The notes: generated by a model not told the origin, from the letters alone. Shown: positions 45,939 to 55,862, counted from the stretch's first letter. The stretch is DNA of 56,442 nt from Candidatus Burarchaeum australiense (GCA_902386535.1 CABMJK010000024.1:1-56442); one strand, 5' to 3'. Made by a program: numbers and translations.

Positions 45939-46397
45939 GTGTTTGGTGAGAAAATCAAATATCAGCGGGCGTTGCTGGGAACTTCTGGTGTCGAGGCAAG
46001 GGAACTCCTCGAAGTAGCTGAAGCCTTGCACGACGAGTGTCTCACGGAAGGACCAGTCAAATTCTTGAGAAAGTCTGTTGGCCCGATAGCTTCCGGCACG
46101 GTAGCGGGGCCAGGACAGGCGAGGCTGGTGGAGAAGCAGTTCGGCATTGTCACGCCAGTGCCCGAGCTGGACGAGGTCATCGAGCGCACGCGGCGGGCAA
46201 AGGACCTTCCGGGCAAGAAGAAGAAACGGGAGCTCCAGCTTCTGCTCGCCCTGAAGAGCAGGAACGAACCCTGTTCGATTGAAATCCGGCACGAGGCGGA
46301 GCGTCTCAGACTGCCTGCATCTGCGCTGAGGAGTATAGAGGCGGGCAAGCTGGTGCGGGCAGGAGAAAACCGCCGCCCGAGCCGTATGAGGATTTAG
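45939..46397 (+). CDS. Hypothetical protein
   Basis: ORF divergent from hjc behind TTTATTAA at about 45904; protein-like composition. Confidence 0.5.
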   Translation: MFGEKIKYQRALLGTSGVEARELLEVAEALHDECLTEGPVKFLRKSVGPIASGTVAGPGQARLVEKQFGIVTPVPELDEVIERTRRAKDLPGKKKKRELQLLLALKSRNEPCSIEIRHEAERLRLPASALRSIEAGKLVRAGENRRPSRMRI

Positions 46398-46545
46398 AGT
46401 GGAGGAAGGCGCAGCGGAGGCACCGGCAAGAGCCGGCCAGACCGGCCGTTCTGGCGACGTTCCTCATCCGCTGATTCGGGGTGCGCGAGGCGCCGTGCTC
46501 CCTGCGATGGGCAGGTTTATAAGAGTTGGCTGCCCAGACTACACC

Positions 46546-47088
46546 ATGAAGACAGATATCCGAGTGGGCGAAGTGATGACCCGCGGAGTGGTGACGCTGG
46601 AAGCCGATGAGAGCGTCTACGAGGCAGCTAAGGCGATGAAGAAAAACGCCATCGGCTCCGTCGTGATAGTCCGCAAGGGCAAGGCCATAGGAATAATCAC
46701 CGAGCGAGACATCGTGCTAAAGGTCGTGATGACCGGCAAGAATGCGAAGAAAACGCAGGTCGGGACTGCGATGAGCCGCCCGCTCAAGACAACTACAGTA
46801 AGCAGCACATTAGCGGAGGTCGCGGAAAGGCTGAAGAATTTGCAAATCAAGCGCCTGCCGGTGGTGGACGAAAGGGGCCGCCTGGTCGGCATGATTACCG
46901 ATGATGACTTGGTCAGGATATATCCGGGACTGATAGATGTGTTGCTTGAGGAGGCAGAGATACAAAAATTTGGGAAAAACGAGGAATTCACTGGAACGTG
47001 CGAGAAGTGTGGCGTTTACTCAGAGGAGCTTGCCCGCGAAGGCAACAAGCTCCTGTGCGAAGAGTGCCGGGAAGAGGAAGAGGTTTAG
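46546..47088 (+). CDS. CBS-pair domain protein with C-terminal Zn-binding motif
   Basis: VGEVMT, GIITERDI, RLPVVD..GMIT, CEKC...CEEC; TTTATAA at 46516-46522 suggests a leaderless start. Confidence 0.9.
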   Translation: MKTDIRVGEVMTRGVVTLEADESVYEAAKAMKKNAIGSVVIVRKGKAIGIITERDIVLKVVMTGKNAKKTQVGTAMSRPLKTTTVSSTLAEVAERLKNLQIKRLPVVDERGRLVGMITDDDLVRIYPGLIDVLLEEAEIQKFGKNEEFTGTCEKCGVYSEELAREGNKLLCEECREEEEV

Positions 47089-47236
47089 GAAAAACGCAGG
47101 AATATAAAGCCCGGGCACCCTAAATCAGTTCGCTGTGCGTGGATGGCTGCGGGAGCACCAAGCGAGCGTTGAACGCCAGTCAACAGCGCACAGCACATTT
47201 ACGCTTTTTCCCGCGTTCCAAGGCATTCCTGATTGA

Positions 47237-47698
47237 GTGGTTACTGTGCGTGCAAAAAGCCCGGAGCAGGGCAGACTCGAAAGGAAGGAAAAGCTGCTCG
47301 CGCGCCTGCTGGAAAAACTGGACGAATCGGTGGTGATTGTAGAGGGGAAAAAAGACGTTAGGGCGCTGAGGAACATCGGCGTGAAGGGAAGGCTGGTGGA
47401 GGCGAGCGGAAGGGTGAAGGGAATCTGCTCTCGCCTGCGCGGAAGCGGCGGACGGGAGGGGGATGCTGCTTCGGGCCCCGGCACCGATGTGGAATCGGCC
47501 GTGATACTTACGGACAACGATGAGGCCGGCAGGGAGCTGGCAGAGATGCTCGCAAGCGAGCTGGAGGGGTGCGGAGTAAAACCCGACCTCCAGACCCGGC
47601 GGGATTTGAGGTATGTTCTCGGCTTCATGTGCGTGGAGGAAGTGCCCCGCAAGCTCGAGGAGTTCAGGGAGAAAGTCAGGATGAGAATCGGGATCTGA
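47237..47698 (+). CDS. Small TOPRIM-domain protein (UPF0292 / RNase M5-like)
   Basis: IVEGKKD..AL, ILTD.D..G. Confidence 0.82.
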   Translation: MVTVRAKSPEQGRLERKEKLLARLLEKLDESVVIVEGKKDVRALRNIGVKGRLVEASGRVKGICSRLRGSGGREGDAASGPGTDVESAVILTDNDEAGRELAEMLASELEGCGVKPDLQTRRDLRYVLGFMCVEEVPRKLEEFREKVRMRIGI

Positions 47699-47747
47699 AG
47701 CAACCGTGATGTTTGAAAAAAAAATGAAATGGATTTGGGTGATTCAA

Positions 47748-49163
47748 ATGGGAAAAACATACATAGACACCGTGAAGTACGTGGTGCACGCTGACCTGGA
47801 AATCGGCGGCATGGTGGAGAAGCCAGACGTCGTGGGCGCTCTCTTCGGCCAGACCGAGGGCCTGCTGGGCGACGAGCTGGACCTGCGCGAACTCCAGAAG
47901 AACGGCAGGATAGGAAGGATAGAGGTGGACCTGCACCCGCGCGCAGGAAAGAGCCAGGGCAAGATTCAGCTGCCTTCGAGCCTGGACATGGTCGAGACAT
48001 GCATACTCGCCGCGGCGCTCGAGACCGTGGACCGCGTCGGGCCATACACGGCAGCGATAAAGGTCGAGAAAATAGAGGACACACGCAACGTCAAGAGGCG
48101 CACCGTCGTTGACAGGGCCAAGTTCCTGCTCAGAAACATGCTTACCACCGAGATACCCGAGAGCGGCGAGATAAGCGAGATGGTCAGGGAGGAGGTCAAG
48201 GTCTAGGAAATCGTGGAATACGGGGTTGAGAAACTGCCCGCAGGACCTGGCGTGCAGACCTCCGAAGCCATCATCGTGGTGGAGGGAAGGGCCGACGTGC
48301 TGAACCTGCTCAAGAACAACATGGACAATGCGGTTGCGATTGGCGGGGCGAACGTGCCGAAGACTCTCGCAGGATTGTGCAAGCAGAAGGAGGTCACGCT
48401 CTTCCTGGATGGGGATCGGGGCGGGGACATCATACTGAAGGAGATAATGTCGGTAGCCGAAATAGACTACGTGGCCCGCGCGCCCGCAGGCAAGGAGGTC
48501 GAGGAGCTTTCGCGCAAGGAAATAATCAAGGCGCTGCGCTCCCGCGTGCCTGTTGAGCAGAGCGAGGGAGGCTCGAGCTCCGGTGGTGCTGGCGGCAGTG
48601 GAAGCCAGGCACCCAGGTATGAGCCCGAAAAGCCGCAGGGCACTTTCAGGAGCAGGGAACTCGTGAGGTCGGTTGGCGCATCTTCGCTTTCGCCGTCCCG
48701 GCCAGCCATGGCATCACAGTCGATGCCAACGCCGATATCCAGGCCGGCAATGCAGGCGCCCACGGGATATGCACCGCGCTCATCAATGGCTGCGCGACCG
48801 ATGATGCCGCAGCAGCCAATGGCAGCGCCTGCACCGAGCAGGCCGGCGGCGAGCCAGCCAGAGGTCGAACTGCCGATGCCGGCAGTGCCTGAAGAGCTCT
48901 ATTCAAGCCTTTCCGAGTTGGAGAATACCGCAAGGGCGAAGCTCTATGACAAGGCTGGCGCGCTGAAAAGCGAGATTCTCGTGAAGGACATCCTGCCGTC
49001 CATAGAGGCCGGCAGTGACGTGCACGCAGTCGTGTTCGACGGCGTGGTCACGCAGAGGCTCGTGGACCTGGCCGCCAAGAAGGGCATCAGAATCCTGCTT
49101 GGCGTGAAGGTGGGCAACATATTCAACAGGCCCTCGGGCATGTTCATAGGCGGAAAGAAGTAG
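47748..49163 (+). CDS. dnaG: Archaeal DnaG (primase-like, exosome-associated), interrupted by one in-frame TAG at 48204-48206
   Basis: KY, VEKPDVVGALFGQTEGLLG.ELDLRELQK.GRIGRI before the TAG; LPAGP, VVEGRADV, DGDRGG, FDGVVTQRL after it in the same frame. Confidence 0.93.
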
Positions 49164-49216
49164 GGGTGCACTCCGGGAAGAAGGACAGGGGCGCCCTGCA
49201 CTTGCTCAAGGCGAGG

Positions 49217-49987
49217 TCAGGGAGCCAGCACGGGCGGCATCTTCCGCTTGTGCTCGCTTCTCCCGAGCATTTCAGCCACCCGCGCGACCAGCTGCGCATT
49301 GCGCACCTTCTTTGCCACGAGCGCGGGCTTCATTTTCTTGTCCACCAGCAGGCGCAGTATTTCGTCTATCTTTTCATAGCCCGCGCCGAGCTCGCCCTCC
49401 GCGGTCTGGCCATGCCAGAGCGATGGCGAGGAGGGCTTGATGATCACCTGCTGGGGCACGCCAAGGCTGCGGGCGAGCTCGCGCACCTCAGTCTTGTAGA
49501 GCGAACCGATGGGCAGGAGGTCGCAGGCGCCATCCCCGTATTTCGTGAAATAGCCCAGCAGGAGTTCGCTCCTGTCGCCGGTGCCGACGACCAGGGCGCG
49601 CCTTCTCGCCGCAAGGTTGTAGAGCACCACGGCGCGGAGCCGGGCGGTTATGTTGCCGTTCGTCAGGTCATCCTGGGGCACGAGCCCAGGGCCGTGGAGG
49701 CGGACGCTCATGGAATGCGCCAGGTCCGAGATGTCGAATTGGTAATGGTCGATGCCGAGCGAGCGGGCCACCACGTGCGCATGCTCGCGGTCGAGCCTGC
49801 CCGAGGCATGGGAGGGCAGGAGCACGCCGATGACGCGGTGCTCGCCGAGCGCCTGCACGAGCAGGTAGGCCGTGGTCGAGGAGTCGAGGCCGCCGCTCAG
49901 GCCGATGACTGCGTTCTCGAGCCTGGCTGCGGCGAAATAGTCCGCCGTCTTCTTGGAAAGTTTTTTCGCGAGTTCGGAATAATTCAT
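49217..49987 (-). CDS. nadE: NH3-dependent NAD+ synthetase
   Basis: GLSGGLDS, NITARLR, GYFTKYGDG, PIGSLYKTEV, PS..LW.GQT.E, HKR. Confidence 0.95.
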   Translation of the reverse strand: MNYSELAKKLSKKTADYFAAARLENAVIGLSGGLDSSTTAYLLVQALGEHRVIGVLLPSHASGRLDREHAHVVARSLGIDHYQFDISDLAHSMSVRLHGPGLVPQDDLTNGNITARLRAVVLYNLAARRRALVVGTGDRSELLLGYFTKYGDGACDLLPIGSLYKTEVRELARSLGVPQQVIIKPSSPSLWHGQTAEGELGAGYEKIDEILRLLVDKKMKPALVAKKVRNAQLVARVAEMLGRSEHKRKMPPVLAP

Positions 49988-50023
49988 TTGATCGCCTTGC
50001 CACCGGAGTTCATCGCAGTCTTC

Positions 50024-50938
50024 TCATCTGAGTTCGTCTATGCGCCTACCGTGCTTCAGCACAACGTTTTGGAGCCTTATGAACCTTCCGGCGCACACGA
50101 CGTTCAGGTAACGTTCGCGCTCGGCTGCCGGCAGCCGCATCGCATCCCCCCAGACGGTCCTGCCGGCCGAGAAACCGCTGGCGCCGCCCTTGCACGCGAT
50201 CTCGAGCTGCCAGAGGAACTGCAGGAAATCGGATTGGTCGGTCAGCAGGAACCAGGGGATGCGGATGGCGTCGCTGAGGCGCTTGCACGCCATTGCCGCA
50301 GGCGCTTCCTCGATGGAATTGGTCGGGAACTGGAGGCCGAGCGCGTCGCAGTAGGGCGAAAGGTCGCGCGCAGAGCCCAGCACCGCGCCTTCCCACATGG
50401 GGAGCGGAATCTCGTAGTGCTTTACCTCGAGAACCAGCGGGATGCCGGCTGCAAGGCAGGACTTCCGCACGACCTTCAGGAGCTCGAGCTGCCTGGCCGT
50501 GGAATCGTGGTAGCGCGGGTTGTAGTAGAGCAGCAGCTTGACCGCGGCTGCGCCTGCCTTCCGCGCCTTGAGGGGCGTGGCGTGCGGGTCGGGTTCGTTT
50601 ACGCGCTCGCCCGCGCGGTCTGAAAAGCCCGACTTCTCGAGCGCCGCCAGAAGCGCGCTGTTCTGGGCCAGCGCACCGGATTTTCTGCAGATGATGGCGG
50701 AATCGTAATCGAGCAGCGTGGCGCTGGCAAAAGGCGAGATTGCCTTGACTATCGCGCACTTCGCGGCCAGGAGCGCTGAAGCGGAAACCGATGCTGGCTT
50801 GGCGGGGTTGAGCATAAGGCGCAAGGAGGTACGGTGGTCGGCAGCAAGGAGTGTGAGCAGGCCGTCCTGGGCTATGCCGAAAATGCTCAGTTCGCTCATT
50901 TGCTCACCCGGCGCAGCCATCGGAGCCTGCGCTGCCAT
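50024..50938 (-). CDS. LacD/YihT-like class I aldolase family protein with degenerate active site
   Basis: AADHR, ASATLLD, LEKSG, AVKLLLYY, GASGF.AGR.VW. Confidence 0.78.
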   Translation of the reverse strand: MAAQAPMAAPGEQMSELSIFGIAQDGLLTLLAADHRTSLRLMLNPAKPASVSASALLAAKCAIVKAISPFASATLLDYDSAIICRKSGALAQNSALLAALEKSGFSDRAGERVNEPDPHATPLKARKAGAAAVKLLLYYNPRYHDSTARQLELLKVVRKSCLAAGIPLVLEVKHYEIPLPMWEGAVLGSARDLSPYCDALGLQFPTNSIEEAPAAMACKRLSDAIRIPWFLLTDQSDFLQFLWQLEIACKGGASGFSAGRTVWGDAMRLPAAERERYLNVVCAGRFIRLQNVVLKHGRRIDELR

Positions 50939-50988
50939 CGCGCGTTTCCGTCGCCATCAGCCTGCATCGCCATCGCTCATTTCCATCA

Positions 50989-52290
50989 TCACCGCACAGT
51001 AAACGTTTCGCCGGTTTTCGGTATCCTGACGTCATATTTGCCCAGCGCGTCGCGGAGTTCCGCGAGCTTGGGCTTTTCGCCGTGTATCAGGAAGACACGC
51101 TTCAGGCCCTTTGTGGTGCGCGCCAGCTGCACCAGGCCGGAATGGTCGCAGTGCGCGCTGAGGTCGAATTTCTTGACTTCCAGATTTATCTTGACCTTCT
51201 CGCCGTCCAGCTCGACCTCCCGCTCTCCGTCGATTATGCGTCTTCCGGGAGTCCCTTCGCTCTGGTAGCCCACGAATGCGAGCAGGCTGTTGCGGTCCTT
51301 TGCAAGCGCCTTGAGGTAGATGTGCGCAGGCCCGCCCGTGAGCATGCCCGAGGTCGAGACTATGATGGCCTGCTCGTTCAGCACGTCTGCGCGCGAGCGC
51401 GTCTTGGGCACGTGGAAGTGCCTGCTCTGGAACGGGTCCTGGCCGCTGTGCAGCACTCGGCGCCGCACTTCGGGCTTGGCGAAATCCAGGTTCTGGCGGT
51501 AGATTTTATTGGCCTTGAGAATCATGCCGTCCACGAAAATCGGCACCGGGCTGAGAGCGCCGCTGGTCATGTGCTGCTCGAGAATGAAGAGCACCTCCTG
51601 CGCGCGGCCGACCGCGAAGGAGGGTATGAGCACCGAGCCGCCCTTGATGAGCGTTGTCTCTATCGAGTCGATGAGGTCCTTCACCACGTCCTTGAGCGGC
51701 TTGTGGCTGTCCTTCGCACCGCCATAGGTGCTTTCCATTATCAAAGTCTCGGCCCTGAGGCCCTGGTGGCACGGCTCGAGGAGCCGCGAGACGCGGTTGT
51801 TCACGTCGCCGGTATAGAGAACGCGCTGGCGCCCGTGCACGAGCACCAAGCCGGAGCCGAGAATGTGGCCCGAATTGTGGAATGAGAATTTCATGTCCTG
51901 GCCCTGAATCTGGTTGAAGTGCAGGGGCCGGCAGAAGCCCAGGACCCGCTTTATGTCGTCGGGCGTGAACAGGTTGCTAAGCCGCTGGTAATCCGCGAGC
52001 AGGAGGCTCATCAGATCCATAGTGGGTTTTGTGGCGTAAATCGGGGCGCGGCAGTGCTTGGCCCTGGAGTAAAGCGTGGGCAGGTAGCCGATGTGGTCGA
52101 GGTGCGCGTGGGAGATGGCTATTTGCGCGTAGGAGCGGGCGTCTGCATCCGGGATTTCCGGGTTGCGGGCCGCCGGAGTCTCGGCGCCCACGTTCACCCC
52201 GCAGTCCAGCAGAAGCGAGGCGCGGCCGTCCCTGAGGCCTATGCAATTGCGCCCGACCTCGCCTGCGCCGCCGTAGAAGGCGATTTCCAT
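50989..52290 (-). CDS. MBL-fold beta-CASP ribonuclease (CPSF-like, no KH domains)
   Basis: GGAGEVGR, LDCG, SHAHLDH, GHILGS, YTGD, ESTYG, GRAQE, SAH.D, HGE. Confidence 0.92.
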   Translation of the reverse strand: MEIAFYGGAGEVGRNCIGLRDGRASLLLDCGVNVGAETPAARNPEIPDADARSYAQIAISHAHLDHIGYLPTLYSRAKHCRAPIYATKPTMDLMSLLLADYQRLSNLFTPDDIKRVLGFCRPLHFNQIQGQDMKFSFHNSGHILGSGLVLVHGRQRVLYTGDVNNRVSRLLEPCHQGLRAETLIMESTYGGAKDSHKPLKDVVKDLIDSIETTLIKGGSVLIPSFAVGRAQEVLFILEQHMTSGALSPVPIFVDGMILKANKIYRQNLDFAKPEVRRRVLHSGQDPFQSRHFHVPKTRSRADVLNEQAIIVSTSGMLTGGPAHIYLKALAKDRNSLLAFVGYQSEGTPGRRIIDGEREVELDGEKVKINLEVKKFDLSAHCDHSGLVQLARTTKGLKRVFLIHGEKPKLAELRDALGKYDVRIPKTGETFTVR

Positions 52291-52356
52291 GCACGGATTT
52301 CGCACGCAGGCTTTTTAACCCTCGCCCGCGATAACTACGACGTGGTTGACCTCAAG

Positions 52357-53100
52357 ATGCCCTCCATGCCTTTCGGCAAGAAAAAGGCGGGAAAGGGAAA
52401 GGAGGAGGCAGGGGGCAGGAAGGCAGGCGGCGCTGAAGCGACCGGCAGTGCGGCCATTGCCGCCCGGGCGGCTCAGGCTGCCTCAGCTGCCCAGACCGCG
52501 CCGGAGCCGAGCGAGGCCGAAGTCGAACTTGGGACGCTCAGGCGCAGGGTTGCTCTTTATCGGAGAATTCTTGAGCGCTACCGCGAGATGATTGAGAAGG
52601 CGGAGACGAAAACTGTCACCGAGCTCCGCACGCTCATCGTGCCCGACGACCCCGAGGTCGTGAAGCTGAGGGACGAGATTCTCGAGGCCTTCAGGCCCTA
52701 CATCTACCAGCAGCACTTTGAGGCAGCTGCCCACAAGGCATATGAGTTCGTGCTCGGCGAGGTCGCGAACGAGGAGCTGCCGGTCGACTACTGGCTCGAG
52801 CCGCGGGACATCATCGAGCTCCGCTCTGCGGACGAGATGGACAAGGCCGTGCTGCTCTGCTCGCTGCTGCGCTCGCTCGAGTGCGAGTCGGCCAAGGTCG
52901 TGGTCGAGAGCAACGGCGAGAGGCACGTGTTCGTGGGCTTCGAGGTCGGGGGCAGATACGTGCTGATGGACCCGGCGCACAAGAAGGTCGTGGAGGGCGT
53001 GCGCGAGGACGTGCTGATGAGGATGTTCGGGGGCGGAAGGAAGAACGTTTACGAGTTCAATGACAAGGAGTATGACGAGATTGTGGGTGGGGAAGAATAG
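52357..53100 (+). CDS. Hypothetical protein with a transglutaminase-like C-terminal region
   Basis: DYW..P, D..DKAVLLCSLL, HVFV, MDP pattern; start 52357 or 52366. Confidence 0.6.
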   Translation: MPSMPFGKKKAGKGKEEAGGRKAGGAEATGSAAIAARAAQAASAAQTAPEPSEAEVELGTLRRRVALYRRILERYREMIEKAETKTVTELRTLIVPDDPEVVKLRDEILEAFRPYIYQQHFEAAAHKAYEFVLGEVANEELPVDYWLEPRDIIELRSADEMDKAVLLCSLLRSLECESAKVVVESNGERHVFVGFEVGGRYVLMDPAHKKVVEGVREDVLMRMFGGGRKNVYEFNDKEYDEIVGGEE

Positions 53101-53221
53101 TTGGGAAGGGCGCGGACGAGCGTGCCGGGATTGCGGGTGGAGAGGAGTAAAGGCAGGCGCATGCGTTTTTTAACTTAAGCCCTCATAATAGGCATCTCTA
53201 AAGCTTACGCGTGGTGATCTC

Positions 53222-53398
53222 ATGGTGGAAGACCTCAACAGGTTCGAGAAGGCAAGGCTCATCGGAGCCAGGGCGCTGCAGCTCGCCATGGGCGCGCCTC
53301 CGCTTATTGAAGTGAAGGACCTCACCAACCCCGTGAACATCGCCTTCGAGGAGTTTGACAAGGGCGTCATACCTCTCGTGGTTCTCAGGGATGCCTGA
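53222..53398 (+). CDS. rpoK: DNA-directed RNA polymerase subunit Rpo6 (K)
   Basis: 58 aa, absent from the ORF track: RFEKARLIGARALQLAMGAPPLI...IA.EE...GVIPL; GGTGA RBS. Confidence 0.95.
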   Translation: MVEDLNRFEKARLIGARALQLAMGAPPLIEVKDLTNPVNIAFEEFDKGVIPLVVLRDA

Positions 53399-53451
53399 GT
53401 CCAGACCAAGGGAGAAGCTCGCGCGGTGCGGGTGGAAAACGACTGCCCCAG

Positions 53452-54126
53452 CTACGGCTGATTAGCGAGTTCGAAAGGTGCCGAGACCAGTTTGATGTGG
53501 AACGGCGGGGAGTCGGAAGCCAGCAGCACGCGCTTCTGGGCGTCGACCCAGAGCATGAATTCGAGGGAGTCGGAAGCAGCGCCGTTTATCACGCGCACTG
53601 AAGTCGCGCGCACCTTGAACGCGTCCCGGCCCCGGAAAGTCCCCCGGCCGACGACCGTAACCGTGACGTTGGTCACGTCCTCCATCTCGACCGGTTTTGG
53701 ATAGACTATGCGGGATGCCGAGCCCCAGCTGAAATTGTCGTGCAGCGAGAGCATCCAGGGCTGGAAGAAGTCCACGGTCAGGCCCGAGTCCTGCGCCTGG
53801 CCGGTGCGCAGGTCTATGCAGATGGATGCGGCTTCTGGCGCGTCCTCGCCCGTGGCCGTGGCGCTCACCCGCATGCAATTGCCGGCGAGGCCGAGGACGC
53901 TGTAGGTTGCATTCGAAGGCTTGCCGCCAAGGTCATATTCGTAAACATAGGTCTCGCCTGGAAGAAGCTGAAGCTGGACGTTGGGGGAGAGCGGGCGGGC
54001 GGTGTAGTTCAGGGAAACCTTGGAAAGGTCGAGCGGCGTTGAGAAGAAAGCTATCACGATTATGAAGAAGGCGAGGATGGGCACCACGTACCAGAGGATG
54101 GTTGAACGCGAAATGTGCAGGGCCAT
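53452..54126 (-). CDS. Hypothetical membrane-anchored secreted protein
   Basis: N-terminal TM helix, beta-rich body, several N-x-S/T sequons. Confidence 0.7.
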   Translation of the reverse strand: MALHISRSTILWYVVPILAFFIIVIAFFSTPLDLSKVSLNYTARPLSPNVQLQLLPGETYVYEYDLGGKPSNATYSVLGLAGNCMRVSATATGEDAPEAASICIDLRTGQAQDSGLTVDFFQPWMLSLHDNFSWGSASRIVYPKPVEMEDVTNVTVTVVGRGTFRGRDAFKVRATSVRVINGAASDSLEFMLWVDAQKRVLLASDSPPFHIKLVSAPFELANQP

Positions 54127-54250
54127 GGCTTTGGAATGGGCGCGAAGATTTTAATTGGTTCGCGAGGGAGAGAACGATGGGCGGACGGGCGGGACGAAGA
54201 GTTTAATTGGTTCTTTGGATTGTAATTTTGATAAATGCGGGGCAGTATGA

Positions 54251-54634
54251 ATGGAGTCTGAAAAGGCACCGGACGTGCAGGAGCGGGTTTCGAGGCTGCT
54301 GGCTAGCGGAGAATTCCCGCACGTGAACGCCTACAGGCTTATTTGCATGCGCTCGCACGGGGCGAGCGCAAGGGCTTACGCGCGCATCTGGAGCATGCCC
54401 TCGATTTGGCAGAAGGCGCTGGACGTGGAGCCATTCTACGTCATCGAGGTGCTGGAACAGCACTTCGACAAGCTCGACGAGGAGCGGAAGGACAAGGTGA
54501 TGATTCACGAGCTGCTGCACATACCGAAGACCTTCAGCGGCGGGCTCGTGCCGCACAGGTGCTTCGGGAAGATAATCGATGAGAGGAGGGTGCGGGAGAT
54601 TTACGATAGGATACGGGCGGGCAGGAAATGGTAG
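54251..54634 (+). CDS. Putative zincin metallopeptidase
   Basis: RS.G...AYARIW, YVIEV, HELLHIP..FSG.L.PH. Confidence 0.8.
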   Translation: MESEKAPDVQERVSRLLASGEFPHVNAYRLICMRSHGASARAYARIWSMPSIWQKALDVEPFYVIEVLEQHFDKLDEERKDKVMIHELLHIPKTFSGGLVPHRCFGKIIDERRVREIYDRIRAGRKW

Positions 54635-54652
54635 GGGAAGGAAAGGCGCAAT

Positions 54653-55819
54653 TCAGCCGACCAATGCAGGCACCTTTTCCTTAAAAGAGTCGACATATTC
54701 TTTGCAGATGATGACGAACTTTTGCAGCATTTTGGGCCATGCGAACGCATCCTTTATTCGTTCAATCACGCTTTCTTCGATCCTTTCTCCGTTTTTGTGT
54801 ATAGCCTGTATCTTTTCAGCCACTTCACCGTTTTCAAATCCGGCAATGTCCACTATGAAACGTTGCAAGCCCAGCTGCCCAAATACCTCCGCAACGCCCA
54901 TCGTGGAGGTTATTACGGCGGGCGTCCCCGTGGCAACGGCCTCAAGCGGCACGTTCCCATAGGTCTCGAACCGCGAGGGACTGACCATCACACCGACCGT
55001 TTGGTAGAATTTCACTATGTCCTCCTGAGACATCGGAGGCACGAAGACCACGCCCGCGGCCGTCATTTGTGCGGCAATCTCAGCATCCTTTGGAGTCATG
55101 ACCGCCCTGACCGGCAGCCCGGTTGCGGAGGAGAGGTTTCCCAGATATTTGAAGTTCTTTATTGGATCCCACCGGCCCACGAAGCCGATTGAGAATTCCC
55201 TTGCCGGGTCGCGGTTCTCAGGCAATGAGAAAATTTCCGGCGGAACTCCGTTGAACACGACGTAGCTTCTGGGAAACTCGGAGCCCGCAAGCGCATGAAC
55301 CGTGTTTTTGGCGAGTGTTGAGGGGAAGATGTAGGCGCGGCTTTCGTCGAAGAAATCGCGCTCTATTTCGTGCAAGAGTTGCTTTAGCGGTTCCGGGTAG
55401 TGGACTATCTCCTGGCTGAGGATTCCCTGGTAGGAGTGAATTATGGGGATGCCTTCGCGTTCCGCGGCTTTCATAATGACCCACGGGAACCAATATGTGC
55501 CTCCGATGAGTGCGCAATCGGGCTGCTCCTCGCCGATGAGCCGCCGCATGTCTTCGACGATCGGTTCGAAACGCTCGTGAAACTGCCGTACGTTCTCAAG
55601 ACCGCCGTAAGCCCCGGTAAAAATGCCTTCGTTGACCTGATAGAAACGCGTGGAAACGTTGCCGTCAACGCTTTTCCCCGCTTCGAGGGCAGGACCTATG
55701 AGGGCCAGAGAGAGCCCCGGATGCACCGGAGAGGCATCGTTGGCGAATTTTCTCCAAGCGTCCTTCTGCCGCCCTATCCCGCCTTGGGGTGAAAATGCAG
55801 TATTGGATAAGACCCTCAT
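54653..55819 (-). CDS. Glycosyltransferase family 4
   Basis: GGI, NGV, FVGRW.PIKN, ETYGNVPLEA. Confidence 0.85.
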   Translation of the reverse strand: MRVLSNTAFSPQGGIGRQKDAWRKFANDASPVHPGLSLALIGPALEAGKSVDGNVSTRFYQVNEGIFTGAYGGLENVRQFHERFEPIVEDMRRLIGEEQPDCALIGGTYWFPWVIMKAAEREGIPIIHSYQGILSQEIVHYPEPLKQLLHEIERDFFDESRAYIFPSTLAKNTVHALAGSEFPRSYVVFNGVPPEIFSLPENRDPAREFSIGFVGRWDPIKNFKYLGNLSSATGLPVRAVMTPKDAEIAAQMTAAGVVFVPPMSQEDIVKFYQTVGVMVSPSRFETYGNVPLEAVATGTPAVITSTMGVAEVFGQLGLQRFIVDIAGFENGEVAEKIQAIHKNGERIEESVIERIKDAFAWPKMLQKFVIICKEYVDSFKEKVPALVG

Positions 55820-55862
55820 TACAGATATTTACACGGGAAGATAATAAAAAGATAGCCCCGGG

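Noticed and set aside
46412-46473. Possible multi-stem RNA (CAGCGGA/TCCGCTG enclosing two short hairpins); considered as SRP RNA
   Set aside because: It is too short, lacks the SRP helix 8 motif, and such stems are expected by chance at this GC content.
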